DNA from: Acidimicrobiales bacterium
GTDB lineage: Bacteria; Actinomycetota; Acidimicrobiia; Acidimicrobiales; RAAP-2
Assembly: GCA_035602795.1 (NCBI GenBank)
Contig: DATNLP010000413.1
Location: 1 to 43,835, forward strand
DNA: 43,835 bases
Direction of reading: 5' to 3'
Every line of letters starts with the position of its first letter. Within the stretch, counting starts at the first letter, position 1. The notes beneath the pieces are model-generated. The model saw only the letters and a program-made list of their open reading frames with translations, did not search any database and was not told the DNA's origin. Of the stretch, positions 34,706-43,830 are shown one piece after another. A program made the position numbers and the translations under genes.

Positions 34706-36106
34706 ATGACTGCGACGACGGAAACGCAAGCGCGGCTCTCTGCCCGAACGCTTGGCTTCGCACGCGCCCCGTCAGTGCCCACGTACGACAGAACGATATC
34801 GGCGAGCATCGCCCACGTCGGGCTCGGCGCCTTCGTCAGGGCTCACCTCGCCGTCTACGCCGATGATCTGTCTCGGCTGGGCCGCTCGGCGCTGATTCGC
34901 GCCACGTCACTGCACAGCCACGCCGTAGCCGATCAGTTGACGCCACAAGATTGTCTCTACGCCGTGGCCGAGCGCGAACCGGGAGCCGACCCCCCACCCC
35001 GCGTCATCGGATCGATCACGTCCGCTTCGACCGGCCCCGCCGCGGCCCTCGATGCACTAGGAGCGCCGAGCACGCGCCTGGTGACGCTGACCATTACGGA
35101 AAAGGGATACGACCTCACCGAGGAGGATCTGGAACGTCCGGAGCACTCGCCCTCTGCCCTGGCGGTGGTGACGCGTGCGTTAGCCCGGTGCTGCGACTCT
35201 GGGCAGATGCCACCAATGATCGCCTCCCTCGACAACGTCATGGACAATGGGGTCCTTCTCCGATCCCGCGTCTCCGAGATCGCAGAGCGCCTCAACCCTT
35301 CGCTCCCTCGATGGATCGAGGAGGCGGTTCGGTTTCCGAGTTCGGTCGTCGATCGGATGGTACCGGCGACGACCGAACAGGACATTGAGGACGTCAGCGA
35401 TCAGCTCGGCCTCGTTGACCTCGGCGCCGTGACGACCGAGCGGCATCGCTCATGGGTGATGACGGAGGAAGCGCCGTTGCTTCCACTCTCCGAGGTCGGC
35501 GTCGACATCGTCGAGGACATCGTCCCCTTCGAGCAACGGAAGCTCTGGTTGCTGAACGGACCGCACTCCGCCTTGGCCTACTGCGGGATTTTGGCTGGCT
35601 GCACCACGATTGCGGAGGCGTCCAATCATCCGATCGTGTCGGTGTTCGTTCGGAGGCTTGTGGATGACGTTCTCGAAGTGGTCGACTTACCCGTGAGGCT
35701 TCAGCCGAAGGACTTTGCTATGGAAGCCTTGGAGCGCTTCGGGAACCCCAGCCTCGGGCACACGTGCGCGAAGGTCGGAGCCGACGGGTCCCGAAAGCTA
35801 CCGCAGCGGTTCGGGTCGATCGTGGTCGCCCGCAGGCAGGCGGGGCTCGAAACCACGAGCTTCGCAACGGTTGCCGCACTGTGGGTCGCGTTGGCCAGCG
35901 GCCTCGCCATCGGCGGCTCGAACATGGCGGGCGTGGAGGATCCGGCGAGCCCGCGGTTGCGGTCGGCCGCGGTCCGCCATGACCTTGGACAGCTGGTGCA
36001 CCTGGCGCTCAATGACGGGTTCGAGGGCGACTTCGTGGCGCTCGTGGTCGACACCCTGGCTCGTCTCCTCCAAGAAGGAATGGGGCTCCTACAGGTGAGT
36101 CCGTGA
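34706..36106 (+). CDS. Mannitol dehydrogenase family oxidoreductase (fructuronate reductase / mannonate oxidoreductase-like)
   Basis: PTYDRTISASIAHVGLGAFVRAHLAVY N-terminal Rossmann motif and LLNGPHSALAY are typical of the long-chain mannitol dehydrogenase (UxuB/UxaB/MtlK) family. Substrate is inferred from uxaC/uidA context only. Confidence 0.85.
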   Translation: MTATTETQARLSARTLGFARAPSVPTYDRTISASIAHVGLGAFVRAHLAVYADDLSRLGRSALIRATSLHSHAVADQLTPQDCLYAVAEREPGADPPPRVIGSITSASTGPAAALDALGAPSTRLVTLTITEKGYDLTEEDLERPEHSPSALAVVTRALARCCDSGQMPPMIASLDNVMDNGVLLRSRVSEIAERLNPSLPRWIEEAVRFPSSVVDRMVPATTEQDIEDVSDQLGLVDLGAVTTERHRSWVMTEEAPLLPLSEVGVDIVEDIVPFEQRKLWLLNGPHSALAYCGILAGCTTIAEASNHPIVSVFVRRLVDDVLEVVDLPVRLQPKDFAMEALERFGNPSLGHTCAKVGADGSRKLPQRFGSIVVARRQAGLETTSFATVAALWVALASGLAIGGSNMAGVEDPASPRLRSAAVRHDLGQLVHLALNDGFEGDFVALVVDTLARLLQEGMGLLQVSP

Positions 36107-37326
36107 CCGCCACGATCGGGGACCGCCACGGAGTTCTGAGTGCGGAAGAGGTACGCGGATTCATTGAGTCGTGCCAGGCAGCGATCGACCTCGACGGCCG
36201 CTCGCTCTGTCTCGTGATTCCGGATGCCACGAGGACCTGCCCACTTCCATTGCTCCTGTCCGCGGTGGCTGCGTCTGTTGGTGCGCGCGTCCGTTCCTGC
36301 ACTGCCGTCGTGGCGTTGGGGACGCACGCGCCGATGACAAGGGAGGCGATCGCCACCATGGTCGGCGATCCCGAATTCCCCGTGGTGAACCATGAGTGGT
36401 GGGTCCCAGAAACCTTCACCGGTGTGGGTACACTCGGCGCGGACACCGTGTCCGAACTCTCGAATGGAATGCTCCGGGAGGTCGTCGACGTCCGGATAAA
36501 CCGATTGGTCCTGGAGAGTGACGTGACGATCATCATCGGCCCGGTGCTCCCCCACGAGGTGGTCGGGTTCTCCGGTGGAAACAAATACCTCTTTCCCGGG
36601 CTGTCGGGTCAGGAGCTCATCGACGTGACCCACTGGCTCGGCGCTCTCATCACAAGCCGCACGATCATCGGCACCCGCGGCATCACCCCGGTTCGTGCGC
36701 TGATTGATGCGGCAGCTGGTCTGGTACCCGGAGAGCGGCATGCGCTGTGCGCAGTGGTCGATCATGCGACGCGAGGGCTGCACTCCCTCTCGTTCGGCTC
36801 ACCCGAACTGGCCTGGGCGGCGGCGGCGGGCGTCGCGGCGGACACGCATATCGAGTACCTGCCGGCACCGGTCAGCCGAGTGCTGTCGATCGTGCCGCCT
36901 CGGTACGCAGACCTCTGGACCGGTGCCAAGGGCTTCTACAAGGTCGAGCCGGTCGTGGCCGACGGAGGTGAGGTCGTGCTGTTTGCACCGCACATAACCG
37001 AAATTGCGGCCATGCACCCGGACCAGGAGGGAGTGGGCTATCACTCGCGCGATTTCTTCCTGGCCCACTGGGAGGAGTACCAAAGTCATCCCCGAGGCGA
37101 ACTCGCCCATTCCACCCACCTCTACGGAGCCGGGACGTACGACCCGGTGTACGGCGAGCATCAACGCGTGCGCGTCACCCTCGCCACTGGCATCCCAGAA
37201 GAGGTCGTGACGAGGGCGAACCTCAACTACATGGACCCCGCCTCGGTTGACGTGGCTGCGTGGACGGCCGACGCCGGCGCGCTCGTCGTGCCCGACGCCG
37301 GTGAGGTCCTCTTCCGCTTGCGGTAA
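36103..37326 (+). CDS. LarA-like (lactate racemase N-terminal domain / nickel-pincer-nucleotide-dependent racemase-epimerase superfamily) protein
   Basis: VIPDATRTCP (LarA: SSDHTRPVP), VVALGTHAPMT (LarA: ATGFHRPST), LPHEVVGFSGGNKYLFPG (LarA: ESHFFAGFSGGRKSVLPG with the cofactor-tethering Lys), then THW (LarA: ANH). LarA motifs are recalled from the L. plantarum enzyme. GTGA overlap with the reductase stop. Confidence 0.82.
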   Translation: MTATIGDRHGVLSAEEVRGFIESCQAAIDLDGRSLCLVIPDATRTCPLPLLLSAVAASVGARVRSCTAVVALGTHAPMTREAIATMVGDPEFPVVNHEWWVPETFTGVGTLGADTVSELSNGMLREVVDVRINRLVLESDVTIIIGPVLPHEVVGFSGGNKYLFPGLSGQELIDVTHWLGALITSRTIIGTRGITPVRALIDAAAGLVPGERHALCAVVDHATRGLHSLSFGSPELAWAAAAGVAADTHIEYLPAPVSRVLSIVPPRYADLWTGAKGFYKVEPVVADGGEVVLFAPHITEIAAMHPDQEGVGYHSRDFFLAHWEEYQSHPRGELAHSTHLYGAGTYDPVYGEHQRVRVTLATGIPEEVVTRANLNYMDPASVDVAAWTADAGALVVPDAGEVLFRLR

Positions 37327-37341
37327 AGAGCCAGCCCTCCG

Positions 37342-37357
37342 CCGGCCCTGCGGCCGG
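37342..37357. terminator. GC hairpin CCGGCC-ctgc-GGCCGG between convergent genes (weak bidirectional terminator candidate)
   Basis: 6-bp perfect stem with a 4-nt loop in the 37-nt gap between the LarA-like stop and the oxidoreductase stop. There is no U-tract. Confidence 0.25.
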
Positions 37358-37363
37358 TCACCA

Positions 37364-38335
37364 TCACTCCCCTGGAAAGACGAGCCCGATCTGATGCCGG
37401 ATCGAGTCGAGCGTGGTGGCGAGGACGAACGTTTCGTCGAGGGGCATGACCGGACTCTCTGTTTCGCCCGCAGCCAAACAGCGATGAACCTCTTCGATCT
37501 CAAACCGCAGCCCATTGCCTTCGTAGGAACAGTCGACCAGCTCTGATCCGGCGACGGTCGTCACGGTGAAGGCGTTGGGACAGTGCATCAACGCGGGGAT
37601 GTCGATCCATCCTTCGGTGCCCGAGATCCGGCCCGTACAGGTCATGCCCACCCGCAGAGCGGCCTTGACGACTCCGAGTCCGCCGCCGGGATGGCGCAGC
37701 ACTGCCGCAACCTGTTCGTCAACACCGGTCTCCCCGATGACCCCCTCTGCCGCAGCGTGTTGGGGATGACCCAGCACCAGCGAGCAGAGCTGGATCGGAT
37801 AGATGCCCAGGTCGAGCAAACCACCACCACCCAGATCGAGCCGGAACAACCGATCTTCCGGATCCATCGCCCTGCGAAACCCAAAGTCCGCCTCGACCAG
37901 GAGCGGCTCTCCGATTCGCCCGGTCCCGATGACGTCGACCATGGAGCGGTAGCTCGGAAGGAATCGGCTCCAGATGGCCTCCATCAAGAACAAACCCCGA
38001 GAGCGAGCTTCTTCGACCATCTGTCGTGCGTAACCGGCATTGAGCGCAAACGGCTTCTCGCAGAGCACGTGCTTTCCCGCCTGGAGGATGGCCACGGTAT
38101 CGGACGCGTGCCGCGACTGAGGGGTGGCCACATACACCACATCGACGTTTGGATCTTCCCCGAGTGCGGCGTAGCTGTCGTAGCGGGTGGCCACGCCGAA
38201 CCGATCACCGAAGACATCAGCTCTCTCCGCTGAACGTGAAGCCACTGCGACGATCTCGCCGTCGTCGACCAGACGCATTGCGTCAGCGAAGCCGACGGCG
38301 ATTGCACCTGGCCCTATGACTCCCCACCGAACCAT
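37364..38335 (-). CDS. Gfo/Idh/MocA family oxidoreductase (dihydrodiol / D-xylose 1-dehydrogenase-like)
   Basis: MVRWGVIGPGAIA (Rossmann), HVLCEKPFAL (EKP motif), and LMEAIWSRFLP, which resembles the DHDH subfamily. ATG at 38335 is preceded by GGAGGGAG. Confidence 0.88.
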   Translation of the reverse strand: MVRWGVIGPGAIAVGFADAMRLVDDGEIVAVASRSAERADVFGDRFGVATRYDSYAALGEDPNVDVVYVATPQSRHASDTVAILQAGKHVLCEKPFALNAGYARQMVEEARSRGLFLMEAIWSRFLPSYRSMVDVIGTGRIGEPLLVEADFGFRRAMDPEDRLFRLDLGGGGLLDLGIYPIQLCSLVLGHPQHAAAEGVIGETGVDEQVAAVLRHPGGGLGVVKAALRVGMTCTGRISGTEGWIDIPALMHCPNAFTVTTVAGSELVDCSYEGNGLRFEIEEVHRCLAAGETESPVMPLDETFVLATTLDSIRHQIGLVFPGE

Positions 38336-38440
38336 CTCGTCTCCCTCCGTCCCCTCCCCCGTCGGCCCCGTGCGTACTCTCGATGGAAAACCCTGGGAGG
38401 AGGCAGAACCGGCACTCACGGCAACTCTCCCTCGATTCTC

Positions 38441-38454
38441 TGATAACGCTATCA
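38441..38454. promoter_or_regulatory. LacI-family-type operator candidate TGATAACGCTATCA
   Basis: Fits the generic LacI/GalR pattern TGnnAnCGnTnnCA, with TGATA/TATCA arms. Lies 94 nt upstream of xylA and 106 nt upstream of the divergent oxidoreductase. Confidence 0.5.
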
Positions 38455-38547
38455 TTGGGACCGCATACCGGTTCTGGTGACTCCCGGGACCGGCGAACGC
38501 ACGCCTCGGTCGGCTGACCCGACGGGCAGCAGGGAAGGACACCAGAG

Positions 38548-39705
38548 ATGAGCGATTCGTACGTACCCCGTCCCGAGCACCGGTTCACGTTCGGGCTTTG
38601 GACCGTCGGAAACCCCGGGCGTGACCCCTTCGGCAACGTGGTTCGAGCTGAGCTTGACCCCGTCGAGACGGTCTATCGCCTGGCCGAGCTCGGCGCCTAC
38701 GGGATCTCCTTCCACGACAACGACTTGGTGCCGTACGGGGCCTCGGCGTCTGAAGGGCAGACGATCATCAAGCGGTTCCGGCACGCACTCGACGAGACCG
38801 GCATGAAGGTCCCCATGGCGACGACCAACTTGTTCTGGCGCCCGATCTTCAAGGAGGGTGCGTTCACCGCCAACGATCCGGCCATTCGGCGCTTCGCCGT
38901 GAAGAAGACGTGCGAAGCCATGGAGCTCGGCGCTGAGCTGGGGGCCGAGGTCCAGGTCATGTGGGGTGGGCGCGAGGGTGCGGAGGTCGACGCGGCAAAA
39001 GACGTGCGTGCGGCACTGGACCGCTACAAAGAGGCCGTCGACCTCTGCTGCGAACACATCCGAGCCCGCGACCTCGGTCTCCGCATAGCCCTCGAGCCCA
39101 AGCCGAACGAACCGCGGGGCGACATCCTGCTCCCCACCGTCGGCCATGCACTGGCCTTCATCAACGAGCTCGAATGGCCCGAGATGGTGGGACTGAACCC
39201 TGAATTCGCTCACGAAACGATGAGCGGACTCTCCTTCTCACACGCTGTGGCACAGACGCTGTGGCACGGGAAACTGTTCCACATCGACCTCAACGCCCAG
39301 CGAATCGGCAAGTTCGACCAGGACTTCCGGTTCGGTTCCGAGGGTATCCGCGACGCCTTCTACGTCGTGAAACTCCTCGAGGACTCAGGGTGGGACGGCA
39401 TGCGGCATTTCGACGCGCACCCCTACCGCACCGAGGACGCTGACGGCGTCTGGGACTTCGCCCGCGGTTGCATGCGGAGCTATCTGATCCTGGCCGAGAA
39501 GGCTCGGCAATTCCGAGCGGACAGCGAGATTCAAGAAGCGCTGCGCGTCGCCAAAGCCCCACAACTGCACGAGCGGACCGCGCCTGCGGGCGGTCTCGGC
39601 GAGATCCTCTCCTCCGACTACGACGAGGAGACGCTGGCGGCGCAGGGATACGGGCTCGAACGTCTTGACCAGCTGGTGACCGAATTGCTTCTCGGAGCTC
39701 GCTAG
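38548..39705 (+). CDS. xylA: Xylose isomerase (class I, actinobacterial type)
   Basis: [48 protein letters not shown]. About 385 aa. Confidence 0.95.
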   Translation: MSDSYVPRPEHRFTFGLWTVGNPGRDPFGNVVRAELDPVETVYRLAELGAYGISFHDNDLVPYGASASEGQTIIKRFRHALDETGMKVPMATTNLFWRPIFKEGAFTANDPAIRRFAVKKTCEAMELGAELGAEVQVMWGGREGAEVDAAKDVRAALDRYKEAVDLCCEHIRARDLGLRIALEPKPNEPRGDILLPTVGHALAFINELEWPEMVGLNPEFAHETMSGLSFSHAVAQTLWHGKLFHIDLNAQRIGKFDQDFRFGSEGIRDAFYVVKLLEDSGWDGMRHFDAHPYRTEDADGVWDFARGCMRSYLILAEKARQFRADSEIQEALRVAKAPQLHERTAPAGGLGEILSSDYDEETLAAQGYGLERLDQLVTELLLGAR

Positions 39706-41123
39706 TGCCCCTCGTGGTCGGGGTCGACTCGTCCACGTCCGCGTGCAAGGTACAGGTGCACGACCTCGACACGGGTGAAGTGGTGGCATCGGGGCGTGCT
39801 CCCCACACCTCCACCGTGCCACCGAAAAGTGAGCAGGACCCGCAGGAGTGGGAGATCGCGTTGCGTACGGCGTGCGCACAAGCCGGTGTACCCGACGCGC
39901 GCCGCCCAGCCGCCCTGGCCGTCGCCGCACAACAGCACGGTCTCGTCGTCCTCGACCAAAGCGGTGAACCCCTTCGGCCGGCCAAGCTGTGGAACGACAC
40001 CGAGTCGGCTCCTGACGCCGAAGCGCTGCTCCCTCTTCTGCCCAATGGCCCGGCCGGCTGGGCCGAAGCTTGCGGCAGCGTCCCCGTGCCCAGCTTCACC
40101 ATCACCAAACTGCACTGGCTGCAGAGACGCGAGCCCGAGACCCTCAAAGGTGCGGCGGCCATCATGCTGCCTCACGACTGGCTGACGTTCCGGCTCACGG
40201 GCCGACGGGTTACGGATCGCGGCGATGCGTCCGGGACGGGCTATTGGTCTCCGCGCGAAGACCGGTATCGCTTCGACCTCTTGCGCCTGGTCGAACCATC
40301 AATCGCGTGGGACGCACTGGTCCCCGAGGTCCTGGCTCCCGATGCCGCCGCCGGAGAGTGGACCGGCATGGGAGTCACGATCACCGCTGGGACCGGCGAC
40401 AACATGGCCGCTGCCCTGGGGCTCGGCCTGCGTCCCGGGGAGCTGGTACTGAGCTTCGGTACGAGTGCGACTGCATTCACGGTCAGTGACGTCGCGGCGA
40501 ACGATGTAACCGGCACCGTTGCCGGCTTCGCCGATGCCACCGGTCGTTTCCTACCGTTGGTCTGCACCATGAACGCCACCAAAGTCACGGATGCGATCGC
40601 TCGGCTCCTCGGCGTCGATCATGAGACCTTCGACGCTCTGGCCCTGGAGGCACCCGCTGGGTCGAATGGCCTTGTGCTCGTTCCGCACCTTGACGGCGAG
40701 CGGACGCCCAATCGTCCTTCGGCAACCGGTTCTCTCTCGGGACTCCGCACCGACGCCGCACCTGCGCACCTCGCCCGGGCCGCAGTCGAGGGGGTGGTCT
40801 GCAACCTCTTGGCGGCGGCGGATGCCCTCGGACAGCAGGCGACCGACGGCAGGGTGCTGCTCGTCGGTGGCGCGGCGCGGAGCCCCGCGTATCGTCGCGT
40901 CGTGGCCGACCTCACGGGTCGGGTCGTGCAAGTGCCGTCCGACGGGGAACTCGTCGCCGCCGGAGCCGCGGTGCAGGCCGCTGCCGTCCACCTGGGGTGT
41001 GGCTTCACTGAGATCACCGACGCGTGGAACCTCGGCCGCGGCGACCTCGTCGAACCCGACGACAGGGTCGACCGGGCGGCGATCCGCGGGGCCTACGCCG
41101 ACGCCGCCGCCAAAGCGCCATGA
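39705..41123 (+). CDS. xylB: Xylulokinase (FGGY family)
   Basis: LVVGVDSSTSACKV, KLWNDT, GTGDNMAAALG, GGAARS. GTG overlaps the last base of the xylA TAG. Confidence 0.9.
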   Translation: MPLVVGVDSSTSACKVQVHDLDTGEVVASGRAPHTSTVPPKSEQDPQEWEIALRTACAQAGVPDARRPAALAVAAQQHGLVVLDQSGEPLRPAKLWNDTESAPDAEALLPLLPNGPAGWAEACGSVPVPSFTITKLHWLQRREPETLKGAAAIMLPHDWLTFRLTGRRVTDRGDASGTGYWSPREDRYRFDLLRLVEPSIAWDALVPEVLAPDAAAGEWTGMGVTITAGTGDNMAAALGLGLRPGELVLSFGTSATAFTVSDVAANDVTGTVAGFADATGRFLPLVCTMNATKVTDAIARLLGVDHETFDALALEAPAGSNGLVLVPHLDGERTPNRPSATGSLSGLRTDAAPAHLARAAVEGVVCNLLAAADALGQQATDGRVLLVGGAARSPAYRRVVADLTGRVVQVPSDGELVAAGAAVQAAAVHLGCGFTEITDAWNLGRGDLVEPDDRVDRAAIRGAYADAAAKAP

Positions 41124-41181
41124 TCCCCTCAAACGGGTCGTACACGAAAGCCTGAAAGTGGATCCACCCCGCCGAGCCGTG

Positions 41182-42168
41182 ATGGCGGATGTCGCCCGAC
41201 GAGCGGGAGTCTCGGTCATGACGGTGTCCCGCGTGCTCAATGGTTACCCGGGAGTTGCCGTCGCCACGCGGCGCCGGGTGGAGAAGGCGATGACGGCCCT
41301 CGACTACCGCGCCAATACCGCAGCACGGGTTCTCGCGGGCGGAAGGTCCAGGACATTGGGCGTCATCGCTGTCGAAAGCGAGCAGTTTGGCCCTTCGCAC
41401 ACACTTTTTGGGATTGAGGCGGCCGCCCGAGACGCAGGCCACAAGGTCACGTTCGTGACGGCGAGCCCAAACGGCGGAGACATGTCGAGCACCCTCGAGC
41501 ACCTCCGGACATCCGATGCGGAAGGAGTGATCGTCGTCGCCCCCGTCCGCCAGGTGGTCGATGCGATAACCGGCGTCGACCCCGGAGTGCCCCTCGTGGT
41601 GGTGGGTGGCGACCCCGAGATGGACGTCGCCACGGTCACCATCGATCAACACGAAGGCGCCCGCCTGGCGACCGAACATCTCCTCGAACTAGGACATACA
41701 ACCGTCCACCACGTGCGCGGACCAAAAGACTGGATCGATGCCGATGCCCGGGCGCGCGGGTGGGCCGACGCCCTCCGCTCCGGCAAGGCAACCCGGCGCC
41801 GCGCGATCGTCGGTGACTGGGGCGCACGAAGCGGCTATGCCGCCGGTGTGCGACTCGCCCGCGAGTCCAGCGTCACGGCGGTCTTCGCGGCCAACGATCA
41901 GATGGCGCTCGGCGTCATCCGCGCCCTTCACGATGAAGGTCGCCGGGTGCCCGCTGATGTGAGCGTCGTCGGCTTCGACGATACGCCCGAATCCGCCTAC
42001 TTCCTCCCGGCCCTGACGACCATTCGCCAGAATCTTGGTGAGGTCGGCCGGCGCAGCGTGCAGCTCATCTTTTCGATGATCGACGACTCCGTCGCCGAGC
42101 GGCACGTCGTCGTGTCCGCCGGGCTGGTCGAACGCGAGAGCACGACTTCGCCGGCCTCGCACCACTGA
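41182..42168 (+). CDS. LacI family transcriptional regulator (probable xylose-locus regulator)
   Basis: MADVARRAGVSVMTVSRVLNGYPGVAVATRRRVEKAMTALDYRANTAAR, then an effector domain (VFAANDQMALGVIRAL, SVVGFDD). The 5' part of ORF 40591..42168 lies in an alternative frame within xylB and was trimmed. Confidence 0.88.
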   Translation: MADVARRAGVSVMTVSRVLNGYPGVAVATRRRVEKAMTALDYRANTAARVLAGGRSRTLGVIAVESEQFGPSHTLFGIEAAARDAGHKVTFVTASPNGGDMSSTLEHLRTSDAEGVIVVAPVRQVVDAITGVDPGVPLVVVGGDPEMDVATVTIDQHEGARLATEHLLELGHTTVHHVRGPKDWIDADARARGWADALRSGKATRRRAIVGDWGARSGYAAGVRLARESSVTAVFAANDQMALGVIRALHDEGRRVPADVSVVGFDDTPESAYFLPALTTIRQNLGEVGRRSVQLIFSMIDDSVAERHVVVSAGLVERESTTSPASHH

Positions 42169-42188
42169 GTCCATCTGACGGCGACCCC

Positions 42189-43289
42189 TCAGCGGATCAG
42201 CTCACCGACATCATCGAGCGCGCCACAGTCGCAGAGGACCACGACGGTGCCGCCACAGCCACCACCGCTCGACCGGGCCCCATGGACGCCCGGCCTCGCC
42301 AGCGCTTTCTCGACCAGGGTGGTGGCAGCGGGATGGCCGAGTCCCATGGTGTCGTAGCCGGCGTGGCTGGCGGCCATAGCGAATCCCACCGTTCGCGCGT
42401 CGCCCTTGCGGAGTGCCGTGAGGGCCATCGCGCCCCGCAGATGCTCCTCCGCTCCAAAGCTTGTCGAAGCACGTACGGGGTACCACTCATTCGGATCGAC
42501 GGCAGTGACGGTATCGCCATGGTCCCCCCAGTGGTCGATGAACTCCGATCCGCTGAAGACGTCAGGGAGAGAATCCACCGCGGACGCCGGCAACTCGCTC
42601 GCCCAGGACCACGAATGCCCCGTGGCATCCTCGACCATCCGCTTGCCCATGAAGGCAGCCGCTCTCGCGCGCCGGTAGGGGTCCCCCCCGACGTCGTGCG
42701 CGACGCCGGTGGGCCAGCCCACGACCTCGAGCCCGTGCGGCACGGCAACCGTCTCTGCGACGGAAGCCGGCCGGCAGAGAATCGGGAGCACTGTGCCGCG
42801 AACTCCCATGGCCACAGCCACCTGATCCATGATCCCGCACGGGGCGCCGACGACCTGGTTTTCTGCCTCCTGACACAGAGCGGCCAGGTGGAGCGGCGGA
42901 ACGGTCTCGGCGCCCAGAGCGCGGGCGGTGGCCACCTCGAGCGCAGCACTCGACGCCACCCCGACCGATGCCGGTAGGTCGGACGAGACTGTCACGGTCC
43001 CACGAGCGTCGCCAATGATGCGATGACGCAGAAGGACGACGGCGACACCGATCACGTAGTGCGTCCACCGTGGTAGCGGCGCCAAGACCTCCCGAACCTT
43101 CTCGTAGGGCAGGCTCGCCAACCGAGCAAGCTCATCGGCCGACAGGGTGGCCGGCCCGACCTCGAAGTCACCATCGCCATCTACGTCCACCTCAGCGGAC
43201 TGACGGGTCGGCATCTCCAGCACGAGGGCACCGGAATAGTCCGCCACGCCGCCAAGCAGGTCGAGGCGACCGGGGGCGCTACCCCGCAC
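42189..43289 (-). CDS. GHMP-family sugar 1-kinase (galactokinase / L-arabinokinase-like)
   Basis: APGRLDLLGGVADYSGALVLEMP (compare plant arabinokinase APGRLDVMGGIADYSGS) and GHMP motif II DLPASVGVASSAALEVA. GTG at 43289 was chosen, giving an 11-nt overlap with the upstream gene. Confidence 0.8.
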   Translation of the reverse strand: MRGSAPGRLDLLGGVADYSGALVLEMPTRQSAEVDVDGDGDFEVGPATLSADELARLASLPYEKVREVLAPLPRWTHYVIGVAVVLLRHRIIGDARGTVTVSSDLPASVGVASSAALEVATARALGAETVPPLHLAALCQEAENQVVGAPCGIMDQVAVAMGVRGTVLPILCRPASVAETVAVPHGLEVVGWPTGVAHDVGGDPYRRARAAAFMGKRMVEDATGHSWSWASELPASAVDSLPDVFSGSEFIDHWGDHGDTVTAVDPNEWYPVRASTSFGAEEHLRGAMALTALRKGDARTVGFAMAASHAGYDTMGLGHPAATTLVEKALARPGVHGARSSGGGCGGTVVVLCDCGALDDVGELIR

Positions 43290-43830
43290 GGAGCTCGTCC
43301 ACGAGCTCGGCCAGGATCGGCGAGATCTTCGCCGCCAGCACCCCGTTGGCGTACCCGACCCAGGCCACGGGCGAGGTCGTGTCGAGCGGTGCTTCCAACG
43401 GCCGCCCCCAGGGGTCGGTGACCACTCCACCTGCTTCGGTCAGCAGCATGGAAGTGCACAGATCGTAGGGATGACAGGCGAAAGCCTCGGTGTCGACCAA
43501 GGGGCGGAGGTCGGCGACGAACCGGTCGTGCCCCGTCATGAGCTCGTAGAGCTGACCTCCGCTCGAGATGTACTCGTCGTCAAAAACGGTCTCGCATCCG
43601 ATGCGACGGAAGAGCTCAGCCTCGAACGCGGCCAGTGCGGGCTTCCCGGGTAGAAAGAACTTGGCCAGACCGCTGAAGCTGTGGTCGAGGTCGGCCGCCG
43701 ACGAAGGCCGTTGGTCGAGGAGCACCCTCGTCCCGTCCCGCAGATCGATCCGCTCTGCTTGGAGACCTCCCCCACGCGTGCCGCTCACCTGGTCAGCGGC
43801 ACCCTGCTTCGAAGTCGGGAGTTCGGTCAT
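43279..43830 (-). CDS. Inositol-monophosphatase / FBPase superfamily-like protein, probably 5'-truncated by the window edge
   Basis: ACHPYDLCTSMLLTEAGGVVTD resembles IMPase signature 2 (WDxAAG...GG). Signature 1 (DPxDGT) is absent, and the frame is open to the window end. The true start therefore probably lies beyond 43835. Confidence 0.5.
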   Translation of the reverse strand: MTELPTSKQGAADQVSGTRGGGLQAERIDLRDGTRVLLDQRPSSAADLDHSFSGLAKFFLPGKPALAAFEAELFRRIGCETVFDDEYISSGGQLYELMTGHDRFVADLRPLVDTEAFACHPYDLCTSMLLTEAGGVVTDPWGRPLEAPLDTTSPVAWVGYANGVLAAKISPILAELVDELRAG

